From positions 1,188,074-1,252,073 of the forward strand of contig NW_003314273.1 in the NCBI RefSeq assembly GCF_000143415.4: a stretch of 64,000 nt of DNA. Reading direction: 5' to 3'. Below the pieces are notes generated by a model. That model had not been told where the DNA came from. It saw only the letters and a list, made by a program, of their open reading frames with translations, and made no database searches. Shown piece by piece: positions 21,451 to 35,329 of the stretch. The stretch comes from Selaginella moellendorffii. Lineage: Eukaryota; Plantae; Lycopodiophyta. Positions within the stretch are counted from its first letter, which is position 1; each line of letters opens with the position of its first letter. Made by a program: the position numbers and the translations under genes.

Positions 21451-22449
21451 GGTCCTACTTCATTTCAACTACTCACTGCATGAGCAATGGAGTGTTATCC
21501 ATCCATCCACGGATTCCCAAATCTCTCCCAATCCCCCTCCCTAGGTTAGACTAGACTTAAGGTTTGGCTACACTCCCCGCAGGCATAAGCAGCCAAACAT
21601 ACCAAACTTCCAAGTTCCTAACCTCCTTTGGTACAACAAGACTTGATCATGGGACCCTCTAAATCCCAAGCTTTGGGTGCAACACTTGCTTCTGAACACC
21701 GGGGTGAAACACCGTGGCCTAACGGCTCGGTATGGGTACCTCTACCCCCCCACAAGGGAAGGCCCAAGCCCCTAGGAAGGGCAAGGACCAATGAGCTGCA
21801 AGATACTCAAGTGGGGCACCACTCCACATGAGCCAGGAGCACCATAGCCGGTTTCCCTTTCGGGAGTGGAAGCTGCTCTTGAGCACTTCCTTGGGTGGCC
21901 CCTTCAGCACCACCCGAATCGATGCTCACTCCCACCTAAGGCCCCTTGGTCCCAATCTCAACCTTAAGTCAATTTGGAATCACCACTAGAGAGTTCCTTT
22001 AAGTCTGGTTCCTGGACCTTACTATCCATACTATACTTTTGGAACCCTTGCAGCCCCCCCCGGGAGACACACGCTTTAAGCTTTCACCCCACGACTTGTA
22101 TTAGTATTTGGACTCGGTCTCGGACTCGATCTCGAACTTGACTTCGGACTCAACTTCGAACTCTGCCTTGGACTCGATCTTGGATTTGGCCTCGGACCCG
22201 ATATCGGATCTCAGATTCAGTCTTGAACTCAGTCTCGGAGTCGGTCTCGAACTCGATCTCGGAGTCGGTCTCGAACTCGGTCTCGGAGTCGGTCTCGGAC
22301 GCGATCTTGGACTCAGTCTCGAACTCAGTCTTTGAGTCAGTCTTGGACTCGATCTTGGACTCAGTCTCATCCCATAAACTCTTTATCATTTTGGTCGTGC
22401 CTTCGGGATTCCTTTAGCCTTCGACACCTCGGGAAGTCGGTTCCTTACA
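21450..22449 (-). repeat. Family A LTR (5' copy, joined to the integrase by an internal deletion)
   Basis: Homologous to 4180-4892 including the hexamer array, and ends at the GACGG TSD. Confidence 0.8.
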
Positions 22450-24175
22450 GACGGATCCAAGGAAGGTGGCTGTGGTGGAAAATTGGCCTACACCGACTAC
22501 AGTGGCTGAGTTGTGTAGTTTTCTTAGTATAGCTAGTTACTACCAATGATTCCAGCATAAGTTTGCAGAGGTGGCTATTCCTTTGATACGGTTATTATGC
22601 AAGAATGTGCCATTCGAGTGGAAGAAGCCACAAGAGGAGAGTTTTGTGGTGCTGAAACAATTGTTGAGTGAGAAACTTTTAACAAAAACACTTGCACTTC
22701 AATTGCCCACCATTGTTCTAGGCTTTGATCATCATCGTACAAACCAATGTTGGGGGAAGGAGGGGCGCCTCCCCCAACGCTTGCTCAAACACGAGAAATG
22801 TTTCAATTTATGCAGTGAGTTACCATGGTGTGGAGTAAAGGTTAGGGCTCTTGATTTAGGTATTGAAATCCATGCAAGATTGAAAGTCTGATATAAAGGC
22901 ATGGAACACATCCATATCCCCATGTCCATGACAAGTATCCTCTTTGCCAGCAACCATGACATCATTTGGAGGCTAGTCTAGTGTTGACAAGATTGAAACA
23001 TTTCTCACTTTGTTTTTGTGCAGGCCGACCTTGAATATGTCAATAGATTCAATACACCATGGATAGTTTTCACAGGGTAACTGTTTTTATCCACATTTTC
23101 TCCCAATGCATAACCACTCGCATCGCATGTCACCTTGTAAGGTTTTGATGGATTAGCAATGCGAAGCACTGGAAGAGTTCTCATGCAAGAGGGACAGTCT
23201 ATTGCATATGAGAGTCAAACTTTGAATTCCACGGAGCAACGCTATTCCATATATAAGCAAGAGTTACTCTCTATTGTTCATACTTTGCGGACGTGGCGGC
23301 ACTATCTTTATGGTGCAATGTTCCTGGTGTTGACAGATCACAAACTACTTGTGTATCTTTTCACATAGAAGGAGTTGAACACTAGGCAAACTCATTGGAT
23401 GGTCAAACTCATAGAGTTTGGGGAGTTTTCTATGGAGCATCGTCTGGGAAAATCAAATGTGGTGGCAGATGCTTTATCTCGTGTTCATCATGTGGGGACG
23501 TTACAAACACGATTTTGTCATCATTTGAGTAAGGTGGTCAGCGAATTTGGGCAGTTGGTTGAGCATGCTCAAGCTCAAGATGTTGAGGTGGCCTCTTTGC
23601 GAGACCAGATGGAAGCCCCTTTCTCATTGGTGGATGGGATTCTCTACTACAATGGCCATGTATATTTGCCACGGGTGGATGTGTTAATTACTCAAGTTTT
23701 ATTCCACTATCATGATCATCCAGAGGCCAGTCATTTTGGGGGAAGAAGACGTATGACTTGATTAAACACAATTTTTATTAGAGGAATATAAAGGCTGATA
23801 TCCTCAAGTATTGTAAATCATGCGAGCTCTGTCAGCAGGTTAAGGTGCTATGGGAGAAGCCAGGGGACTTTTGCAACCTTTACCTATTCCTTAGAGTCGT
23901 TGGTGTAGTATCTTTATGGACTTCATCACTTGTTTGCCACAAACACAGAGGCAAAAAGAGCAAGTATGGGTCATAGTGGCTTGGTTGACGAACTATGTGC
24001 GGTTGTTGGCTCTTTGGAAGACTGTCACTGACTCAAACTTGGCTGCAGTTTACTTGGAGAAGGTTTTTCCTGATTTTGGTTTGCCGGAGGACATCATTAG
24101 TGATTGAGATTCAAAGTTCACCAATGGATTTTGGAAAAGCTTTGTGGGAAACACACTATGTGGGAAACACACTGA
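22450..24175 (+). pseudogene. Continuation of the plus-strand gypsy pol (RT end, RNase H, integrase), with a foreign fragment at ~22680-23160
   Basis: DPRKVAVVENWPTP; EQRYSIYKQELLSIV; NVVADALSR; MDFITCLP; GLPEDIISD. Confidence 0.85.
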
Positions 24176-27100
24176 CTTAAATGAGTTATGGAATGACCTC
24201 TCCTCTATGTCCAAAGACGTTAAGACTTAAACACCCTCCGGCCGTCGTCGACAAGGAAATAAATAAACCTTGGTGTGTCCACCCAAGAAGTGTCTCTAGT
24301 GTTCCAGGGCTAACACTACAGCAAACATCTCTATCTCATGCGTTGGCCATCTTCGTTGAGTTTCATCCAATTTCTTGGAATAAAACACAATGGGACAACC
24401 ATGTTGCCTTAGCGTAACACCAACCGCTTTGTCACAATCTTGCTGTAACACGGCACCAATAGCATAGCCAAATGCATCACAATGCACTTCAAAGGGTTTA
24501 TCAAGATCTGGGATCCTGAGAATAGGAACCGTAGTCAAAATCTCCTTCAATCATACAAAAGCATGCTGACAAGCTGGTGTACAATGAAACAGTGTACTAC
24601 TCTTCGCCAACTCAGTCAACGGAAGAGCAATTCTTGCAAAATTGCGGACACACTTGCGATAGTATCCCACCAAACTAAGAAAAGAACGAACATCTAATGC
24701 AGTGCTTGGGACTTCCCAGGACCTCACCGCTTCCACCTTCTTTGGATCCACCTCAATTACACCACCACCAATGATATGTCTGAGAAAGTTTATGTGCAAT
24801 TGTCCAAAAGTGCATTTACTTTCCTTAGCATACAGTTTGTGTTCGTGCAACTTTTGAAACACTAGTTCCAAGTGTTTCAAATGATCTTCCAACGTTTCAT
24901 TGAAGACTAAAACATCGTCGATATATAGGACAACAAATGTAAATAATCTCTGAATATTCTATCCATCATAGTGCTAAACATTGCCAGAGCATTGCATAAC
25001 CCAAAAGGCATGACAAGGAACTCATAAGATCCATACCAAGTCTTAAAGGCTGTCTTTTCCACATCCTGACTTGCCACCCGTATCTGATAATACTGGGACC
25101 GCAATCAAGTTGCGTAAAATATTTAGCCTTTAAGAGCTGGTTAAACAAGTCATCAATACAAGGCAAAGGATAATTGTTTTTGACTGTGATCTTGTTGAAT
25201 ACTCGATAGTCGATACCCATCCTCATGGTTCCATCCTTTTTCATAACAAAAAGGACTAGCACTCCATAAGGTGACTTGCTAGGTCAGATATGACCTTTGT
25301 CAAGAAGCTCCGTGAGTTGTTTCTTGAGTTTAGCCATCTCCTTGATGTTCAATAGATATAAGGTGGTTTAGAACCCAGAATAACCTCAATCTAATGATCA
25401 ACCTCATGGCTAGAAAGTAGCCCTAGTGGCAAATCCTTTGGGAAGATATCTTGATTCCTCACCAACAACTCCAATATCTTCTTTGGTACAGGATCAACCC
25501 CATCACTGATTTAAATTGAGTCACCAACACCCTTAACTTCCATCACTTAAGCCCAAAACGTCCGACATCCCTTCTTAGCTGCTTTCTGAGTGGCTCTCAT
25601 AGTCAGGAACTTAGCATCCCAATCCTTTGAGGAGTGCTTTTGCAATTGGAAGAACACAACAAGATGTCCTTCTGATTTCAACATAATACGACTTTGTCTA
25701 GCACCATAAATCCCTTTAATATATTTGTTACAAAAATCCATACCAAACACCATCTAAAAATCTAGTATCTTCAACACTACCAAGTCCACTCTTTCTTTCC
25801 ACTTGGATATTTTTATTGGAACATCACTCACAAATTTTCTAGCTACTTGCCCTTCTACAAACCGAAAGTGCATAAACGACATTTGCTCAACATTCAATCC
25901 TAACAACTTAACTAAGTCTTCTAATATCACGCTGTGCGTAGCTCCTGTGTCAATCATCACTTGGATTCAGTGTCCGCGGACAAAGCCTACCAGATACATC
26001 AATGGATCAGTGTTTGCATTGACTGCAAGAAAAGCTTGAGGAAAGCAATGAAAGTAACTCACCTCCTCTTCCTCATAGTCTGCATTTGACCAACTTGTCA
26101 ACCCCTTCAACTTCACTACCACCATCTTCCCTCATGACATTAACACAAGACTTTATCTTATGCTTGTTGGGACATTCTGAGGACTTATGTCCTAACCCTC
26201 CACAATGGAAGCAATGACCCACACTACCCACTCCGCTAGGAGTAGGTTTCACAGGTTGCTACTGCTTGTACCCACTAGGAGGAGGAATAGAGGGCCTAGG
26301 ACCAGAAGAAGTTGGTGGTGGTCTCCAACTACCACCACCTTTGTTAATCGTTGTTTGTGAGCCTTTAGGGCGAAACCTTACTTCCACCCTCTGTTTCCGG
26401 TCACCTTGTTTATTCCTAGAATTCTTATTCTTATCCGAGGTACCAGCATACAGCTATTGATATTGTTCTATGAGCAAGTGACTAAAGGCAACTTTCTGTG
26501 CTGCCTCCTTAAACTCTAGGTACGTCTTCTGCTTAAACTTCAAAATCTCATTGCAAAAAAGTGAATTTAAACCCTCTAGGAAATAACTCCAAGCATCTTT
26601 GTCATTCATATTTGCAATCATAATGTGCTTCTGAGCAAACGCATTAACTTAATGCATGAGCTCCCCTCACTGCTTTAACTGCTGCAGCTCCACGTGAAGT
26701 CTCATACCAAGATCATCCGGCAAGTATTCCTTACGGATACAAGATTTTCTAGTTTGCCCTTTTTCAGCACACACTTGGCACCACCAAGTTTTGGCATGAT
26801 TAGTGAGAAAGGATTGTGCGCACACAACTTTCGTATGATCATCTACGTTTGCCACTATGAAATAGTTTTCTATATCGTACACCCAGTCTTCCAAAACCTG
26901 ATAGCCCCGCATGCCCCTAAAATTGGGTGGTTTTGAAGGCTTGAACTTTGAAACTCGTGCAACCGGGGGTAGCTGCAAAACTTCATCATCCTCAGAACTT
27001 GAAGAGGAGTCTGGTTGCTTAGGTTCAGCTGGTTTAGCTGCCTCAGCTTTTTTCTTCCTTTTTTTGCTCTCCTTCTTCAATTTGTGAACTTCCCTTCACA

Positions 27101-28368
27101 AATTTTCGATCTCGATCTCTTGAGCCGTACGCTGTAGTGCCACAGCATCTAGCTCTTCCTCTTCTGACTTAGCCTTAGCCTCTTCCGCAGCATCTCTAGT
27201 AATAGTTTCCTCCTCTCGATTTGCCCATCTAGATGTTTTAGAGTCATCAGTATGGCTAGCTGCATGTATGCCTCTTTCAGTAACTGAATATGCATACAAT
27301 GTTCTTACCGAATGGTGCAATCCATCTAATCCTCCACAAGTCGCTTTGGATCTACTAAAAAAGTCTCTACGTATGCAACTTGAGTCAGAAAATCCAACAA
27401 AAGTTGGATAGGAATTGTTGAGACAATCCCTCTAATACCAAATGTAGCACACCTAAATTTGGAGCTGCACTCCAAGCCAGTTACGCTACAAAACAAGGGT
27501 CCAGTACAATCCCATGACCACCAGCTCCCCGTATCCAGCACTTGCACGCAAAATGGTGTCAGATGGAGTTTGGCGCAATTTTGGCATACCAGTTGCCTAA
27601 CACGAGGAGGAGCATACCCCACCAACTAGAGTAGCATGGAGCTTGGGCTTAAACCCAAGATGGACACAAAACAAAGAGCGACATAGCTCAACGGGAGCCA
27701 AACTAATATCTCAAATGGTCAGACATGCATTCCAACCACTATCCCTACTATACAATTGGAACCCCGTACAGCCCCCTCCCCCCCCCCCAAGGAACACACG
27801 ATTTGGGCTTTGGGCTTTCACTCCAAGCCTCCCTTAGTACTAGGAGTTAGTCTCTAGGACAAGCTCGAAACTTATTAAATATGGAATGTTCCTAGATTGC
27901 AAATTTGGATACGGGATGCACACCATTGTGTTCAAGCCAATCTTTACATTCTGTAGATATGCCAAATGAGCAAATCTAGACACTTTCCATAAATAGCATT
28001 TGGAACTGAAATAAGACCAACACAAAGGGTATGATAGTGAGGGTGTTTGGTAGACACAATAAGCTATCATTCAGCGATATTGAGGGAATAGTCTCAATAC
28101 GTGGGGGTTCTTGATACTAGCAACTGCAAGACAATGACACAAGTTTCTCAAACTAGGCCAAGTATACATAGCAAGAAACATATAGGGTTCCTACCTTATG
28201 TTTATCCAATTTAAGTACAAGGTTATTCACCAATTTCTCAACTAGCTCAAGTGAGAACAATAAAGGGAACCAACTGTATTGACCTTCTACCATCATGGCA
28301 GTAAGGAAAAAGTGTCCGTAAAGATTTGCTGACAATTATTTTTTGATACCTGAAGTCACATTTGCGAC
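24176..28368 (-). mobile_element. Truncated gypsy element (family B): 5' LTR 28368-27443, PBS 27440-27430, gag, protease, RT, RNase H
   Basis: PBS TGGTATTAGAG; gag KPPNFRG...LEDWVYDIENYF; protease MIDTGATHSVI; [10 protein letters not shown]; RNase H HCDAFGYAIGAVLQQ. Confidence 0.88.
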
Positions 28369-31300
28369 AAAAATCAACAATGGAAACCATCTCCATAGTA
28401 AAACAATTATCAACAACAATACTAAAATAATCAGCAATAGAAATTTTCTCAACAATCAAATTACCAACAATAGCCACAATAATATGAATAACAACCTCAA
28501 GCATATCCTTGAAACAACTGTGAGCAACAAACTTAAACTTACAACTTTCAACCTCAATACTAATAATAACAAAATCAAGGGACCAACCATCTTAGAATAA
28601 TTAATCTAATCATAGACCTCCACCAATAGTAAGAAATATCAATATAGAACTAATTGAAGAAGAGCTATATAAAGACAAACCTAAAATCCAAGTTCTCAAA
28701 TGAACTCAAAAGGACATAATTCTTTAAGAAAAAGACCTTGACAACAAAATTAAAAGACAAGAAACTTATGATGAAATACAAGAAATTTCAAGAAAAGAAT
28801 CAAAAGAAGCTAAAAAACTTATCAACATAGTGCAAAAAAACTTTTAACAACAAAAACCTGAAATAAAAGATGATCAAAAAATCACAATCCAACCCATATC
28901 AAAATATGAGAAGCAACTACAACTCATAAACAAAATTCTTTAACAAGGTAACACGCATACCCTTCAAGAGTTTTTGCAGATCACTTCATACTTGAATAAA
29001 CAATTCTTTAAAATTTATCAAGCACTAGCATAAGTATAATCAATTGAAATCAAGAAAAAAACTAGCAATACTTCAATCCACAAAACTAATATCTAACCTA
29101 GTGACTTTGATAAAGATGTGCCATGCATTCCAATCTTAATAGGAAAGAAGAAAATTCCAGAAGCAAATGTCAACATTATTGAATACTTAGCATGCAAAGT
29201 GATGGGACTTGGACCAATTCAGCCAACACCCTTTAACATCCAGATGATTGATGACAAAAATGTAGAACCTTTTGGAATCATCTACAATATCCTAATCAAA
29301 ATCAAAGATCAAAAGTTTAAAGTAGTTTTCATCATATTCAAGATGGCTAAAGAACACTATTTCTATAAAGTGCTCCTTGGACAAACTTGTGGAAGAACAT
29401 AATCACTTTTAGAGAGCATCAAGATTCTCCTTAACTTTCCACAAATACAATAAAGAAAATTTAGAAGAAATTCTAACAAACTATTATTAAACACTACAAT
29501 TGGAATGAAGACCTTAATGACTATAAAAAAACATAAATTTTGAAAGCATATCTAGAATTGAAGTCCTTTATTGAAGTTGATCTCAACCGAATTATCCCCA
29601 AGTTTAACCTAATCTGCTCAACAAAACTACGAGAAACTTCTGACTCAAGAAGATTCAACACTCAAGACTACACCAGCAAAACTCAAGAAACAGCATAACC
29701 AACCAGGATCAAACTTGAGCAACTCTAACAAATTCTTGTTATGATCTAAATCTCTAGTAATATGAAGTTTCTTAAATCATTTTCAATTCCTAAGTTGATT
29801 TTTCAATTGATTCTTCAATATTGAGAATTTGCAAGAGTTGAAATCCTTTTTGTCAAAGAGTTAGTTCTTCTCTATGATTGACTTGTTGTTGAGCAATTGA
29901 TATTTTAGACAAGTACAAAGATGTTTTTGCTTGGCCTTATACAAATTTGAGAGGAATCCCTCCAAAATATGCATGACTAAATCAAACTTTTTTCTCAGAT
30001 TGTATTAAGAAAACAATCAGCATACCAAATGAACCCAATATGCAACTCAAAGTCAAGGAAAAACTTGACAAACTTGAACAAATCAATTTCATCTACCCAA
30101 TCTAGATTCTAGAATGGCTATCACTACTAGTAATTGTTCCTAAGAAGAATAATAAACTCAAGATTAGTGCTCAATGATGCAATATAAAAAGACACATTTG
30201 CAATTCCCTTCTCTGAAAAAATTCTCAACACAAATGCTAGACGCAAAATATACTCATTCCTTAACAGCTTTTCAGGATACAACCAAGTTACACTTGAAGA
30301 TCAGTATAAGACAGCTTTCATAAACCTATGGGGTGGTTATACATACCTACATATACTATTTGGTCTTTCCAATGCACCATTTACTTTCTAAAGAATCATC
30401 ACGAACACTTTTTAAGAGTACTTCACAGAATTCATATGAGTTTTCATGGATGCCTTCAGCATTTTCAATAGCAAAGAACACTATCTCTAATGTCTCAAAA
30501 AATGCTTCATCAGATATTGAGAAAACAACATCTCCTTAAAGTTTGATAAATGCACTTTCTTTATCAAATCCAAAGTTATACTTAGACATGTTATCTGCAA
30601 AGAAGGCATCCTCATTGGTAAAGACAAGACTCTACCATCACCAACATGCAACATCCAACATACATCACCCAATTTCGAACCTTCCTTAACAAAATGGGAT
30701 ACCATTGATGATTTATTAGAAATTAAACAAAGATTATCAAACCATTTATTGAACTTTTCAAGAAGGATTAAGTCTACAAATGGACTCAAGAATGTCAAGA
30801 AGCTTTCAACATACTCAAGAATTTGCTGACAAGAGCTTTAATACTTGCTCAACCAAGTTGGAGAAAAGACTTTAACATTCAAGTCAATACCTTTTCCTAT
30901 GCAATAAGAGTGGTTTTTTCACAGTAGCAAAAAGACCTTAAAAATTGACCAATCTACTATGCCAATTAAAGACTCAATTCAGCTAAGATGAACTATACCA
31001 CTACAAAAAAAGAAGCTCTCAGAATGGTCTATGCACTTTAGAAATTTTAACATTACCTTCTTGGCAATAAAGTGAAGATTATGATAAATATAACGTGCTT
31101 CTACACCTTCTTAACAAAACCACCAATAGTTTTCTCAAGAATATAATATTGAGATCATCCACAAGTCTAGTAAGAAACATGAACAAGCTGACCATTTTAA
31201 TTACATCATAATAAGTGAATAACCAAAGTATAACATAGATGATTTCCTTGACTCCAACATCTTATGAGTCTATACTTTACCCTAAACACATGACATCTGC

Positions 31301-32050
31301 GACTACCTAACTACAGTAAAAATACCAAGCCAATACACCACCTCTAAGCAACATAAACAATTTGTCTTGGAGCAAGACCATATTTAGTTGTGAGAGGAAG
31401 ACTGTGCAAGTTAGGATGAGAAAATGTACTATGAAGATGTGTACAACCAAAAGAAACTCAAAATTTATTTGAAGAAGCTCACTACATATAAACAAGAGGA
31501 CACTTTGCAGAAGAAATCACAACTCAAAAGATTTTACAAGCAAGATTTTAGTGGCCAATGCTCTAAAACAATTTAAAATTTTTTTTACAAGAATGTGACA
31601 TTTGTCAAAGAACTAATATGCACTGAAAAAGCAAATTCAAAAACTTCATCTTATGACTCCTTTCGAACCATTTGAACGATAAAGACTCGACTTTACGACC
31701 ACTTACAACAAATTCTAAGTGAAAGAAGTACATCCTTATACCTACTAACTACATGACAAAATGGACTAAAACTCAACAAATGAGGGTTATAACAATGAAG
31801 AACATACCAAAACTCATCTATAAAAACATTATCACAAGGTATGGTTTATCTCAAAAACTTATTACAAATTAAGGAACATACTTCATCAATGAGACCATCA
31901 ACATTTTGACTCAAAAGTTCACAATCAAGCACAAAGATTTAACACCATACTATCCTTAAGAAAATGGTCAAGTCAAATCTATAAACAAGACCCTCAAGAA
32001 GTTCATGAAGACAAATAAAAAAGACTGAGACGATTGCATTTATAACGACT
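28369..32050 (+). mobile_element. Highly decayed A-rich gypsy pol (protease, RT, RNase H, integrase)
   Basis: Residual motifs FSGYNQV (~30270), NYTTT..EAL.MVYAL (~30990-31040) and GHFAEEITTQKILQA (~31500). Possibly resumes at ~33780-34100. Confidence 0.75.
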
Positions 32051-32690
32051 TGTAGACATATGACTTTGGGTGTCAAAAGTTACCTGTCGATTAATCCTTT
32101 CGAATATTCTTTCTTTACTACCATGATGGCAGAATATCGGTATTATTGAACCCTTTATCAGTGCTTCTTGTTCAAGTGCTAATAAACTGGGCTTAGCACC
32201 TATACTTAGCAAAATGAATAAAAAGTAAGAACTTCTATATATTTTTTGCTGAGCATAGTCGACTTAGCTTTTAGTTCTCTTTTACTCTGTCTTGCACTAG
32301 TTTGACAAGAACCCTCATGTATTAAGATTAGTCTCTCAATATTGCTGAATGATAGCTTATTGTGTCTACCAAACACCCTTATTATCATGCCCTTTATGTT
32401 AATCTTATTCAATCTTAATTGCTATTTATAAAAAGTGTCTAGATATGCTAATTTGGCATATTTATGGAATGTAGAGATTGTTCTAAACACAATGGTGTTA
32501 GTCCCGTGTCCAAATTCACAATTTAGCACCATTCCATAACTTTCAAGCTTATCCCAGAGACTAACTCCTAGTACTAAGGGTGGCTAAGGGTAAAAGCCCA
32601 AAGTATGTGTTCCTCAAGAAGGGGGGGGGGGGCATTGTTTGGGGTTCTAAATGTATAGTAAGTAGGTTGAGCATGGCCAACCAACCTGAG
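32051..32690 (+). repeat. Family B LTR, inverted relative to 27443-28368
   Basis: Its reverse complement aligns with ~27740-28368 (e.g. cccttagtactaggagttagtctct and gggtgtttggtagacacaataagctatcattcagc). The right boundary is approximate. Confidence 0.85.
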
Positions 32691-32992
32691 ATTTATATTT
32701 GAACTATATATAACCTCAAACAATATATATTAAGGACTATATTTGAACTTTATGGATTGTCTCTCAAGTCGTTCCTTTTAGTTGCTTACAATTCACTACA
32801 CTTCCCTTCAAATTCATGCCTTCGTGAACAAAAGCTAAAAGCTACAGCTCTCTAAGAGCCCCGCACTCTTGACACCCTACCCCTTGGGTCGAGCCCAGCC
32901 AGAGCAAATTGGACCAGCCAGATGTTAATTAACATGTGGTGTGATTCTCTTATGATTCCCTTAGCCAACCAATAAAGTTGAACTCGAGACCC

Positions 32993-33199
32993 CTCTAATA
33001 CCAAATGTAAACTTCTAAATTTGGACTTCCTGAGAGGTCACTTAACCCAGTATTATTCAAACCCAAGGACATTTAACCCTAAGTATCTTAAGACCCTTAA
33101 CCGATTGGAAAAGGGGGTGCACTTTTATTCATGGGCCCTTTCTCTTTATATTTGAACCCTATTGATCGTTTCTCGAGTTGTTCCCTTTGGTTGCTAACA
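32993..33199. repeat. PBS plus LTR fragments
   Basis: ctctaatacca (PBS, minus strand) followed by TG, resembling 27443. 33110-33199 is an inverted homolog of 652-745 and ends in CA. Confidence 0.6.
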
Positions 33200-35329
33200 A
33201 CATAATCTAGTTTCTGCTTGAGTGTCTATCCTTGTTCTACATCCGGCTTAGGTCTAAGGCCATGTTTCATACCATGCTAGTTAGTGGAGTACCCATATCC
33301 TTGCGTTAGGCCACCAATATGCTGAAATAGCACCAAACTCCATTTGGCTCTATTTTGCATGCTAATCTTAATATTGGGATGCTAAATGCTCTAGGATTGT
33401 TCTAAGTTGTTTCGTGCTCTTATCCCTTCGCTCCTTAGGCTATATACTCGCTCATGCTTTAGTTCTATTACTCCTTGGCTCCATACTTAGGAGTTTGCCT
33501 CCATTCCTTCATTCAGTGGCCTAAGGCCCTGAAACTCGAGTTCCACTTTGCTATCCTTTGGACACGTGGCATGTGGCATGTGGTATGTGGCATGTGACAT
33601 ATGGCATATAGAGGGTTTAGGTTCCAGTTTGTGGTTATCTTACAATAAATCACCATAGGATAAAGAATGAAAACCACGTGTGTTACAGGCATATTAAATT
33701 GCTTATAAAGTTTCAACAAACTCAACACTATTCAAGCTTGCCTATAACTTACAAATTTTGACACCACTCAAGTACATCATTCCTTCATTACAAATAGCAA
33801 TATACTATGAGATCAATCAAGACGAATCAATCAAGAGAATACTAGCAATGCTAGAAAATCTTAATAAAAAATGACTATAAGAAATTTTGACACTTGAAGT
33901 CATTTAAGCTAGAAGAAAAGTGAACCATGATAAAAAAAAAAAAAGGCTCAAAAATGAAGAACTCAAGATTGGAGATCAAGTTCTATGATTTCTAGAAAAT
34001 ATAGAGAAAATTAACTCAAGGACAAAATTAAGATAGGAAGGACCATTCCTCATCAAATAATTCATAATCTTCATTTCTTCCTAGATCATTATTGACTAAA
34101 TTAGTGTTGATCAATCAATATTTCTTGAGCTTTTTGAGGTTGACAATTTGGAGATATTCATCATCAAGTGTTGTAATTATTGTTATTCTTCAAACTCAAG
34201 AATCCAACACTAAAGAAAATCACAAGCATGAAAGTCAACAATCTAATAACTTAAACATAAAACTCAAGACTTCAATAGAAAGAGAATTTAACTCAAAGAA
34301 ATCTCAAGAAATCAAGCTTAAGAATGAAACTTAAGAATTCCAAGGATCAGATGTCCAAAAAGATGTTCAAAAATAAAGCTTGAAGATTCATCAACAAATG
34401 TGCACAAGATTACAAGCTCTAACAAGAAAATAACAAGGAAAAGAAACTCAAGCTAAAGATTCAAACCCAACTCACTCAACACTTGGTCAAATTTGGAGCA
34501 AAGGCAAAATCCTAACCCTAGCACTTCTATCTACAGTACATCACACCAAGATCAAGAAAACAAAATGTGAAGATAGAGTATATAAGAGTGTGGCATCACC
34601 AAAGAGTTCATCTTCAACCCAAGGGAGCATATAAATAGGTAAAGAGTTTATCTTCAATCTCAAGAGAGCATGCAAGTGTATATTTCAATAGTAACTATAT
34701 TGTCTATGTCATTGACAATTCTGATTTTATTATCTTTATCTTTACCAAGAATCACCAAAATATGATAGTGTGGTAGTACTTGTTTTTGGAATTCAATCAC
34801 ATAGATATAAGAATTAACTTTGCCAAATATTTCTCATTTGTAAATGTCATCTACAAGTTCTTGTTTCTTGACATGGAACACATGTGCAACCAAGTCAGGT
34901 CTGTTGTCTAGGTAGAAGGTTTTCAGTGATCTCTTTCCATTTTGGATTGCAAGTGAATTTTATCAACAAATCAGGTTTTCCATACTTCCTCACAAGGCTT
35001 ATGGCATTTTGGTAATTCTAATTCATCTATTGGGGGCCTCTAGTGAATGAGATTAGTTTTCCAGCACATACCCCCTGCTGTTCAGCTCTGTTTATCACAA
35101 AATCTGAGAGGCCACTATATGCTTTAGCACGAGCTCATGTTTATGGTTTCTTATCCCTATTAGCTAGCCACCTTCAATCTCGGTGTATGTGTCAATGATG
35201 TATTGTTGTGTGACTTTTCCTGCTGTCAACACAAGGTTGAATTATATGCTTCTTATCCTCATTGTTCTTATGCCATTGTTATGTTGTTTTGATGTAGTTC
35301 TTTGTAGACTATATTTTTTGTATACATGA

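Larger units (their letters stand above)
652..22449 (-). mobile_element. 21.8-kb nested LTR-retrotransposon block (chromodomain-bearing gypsy, 'family A') inserted into the RT above
   Basis: The block starts TGTAAAC at 652 and ends CCTTACA at 22449. It is flanked by the 5-bp direct repeat GACGG (647-651, 22450-22454), and the host RT frame is continuous across it. Confidence 0.85.

Noticed and set aside
27740-32690. Large inverted repeats as TIRs of a Mutator/foldback element
   Set aside because: They are LTRs of one gypsy family in opposite orientations: one adjoins a PBS and gag, and a third copy lies at 55518-55872.
33564-33607. (ATGTGGC)x6 tandem containing TGGCATG half-sites
   Set aside because: It is a direct heptamer repeat with no inverted partner or 6-bp spacer, lies outside the element, and is probably coincidental.
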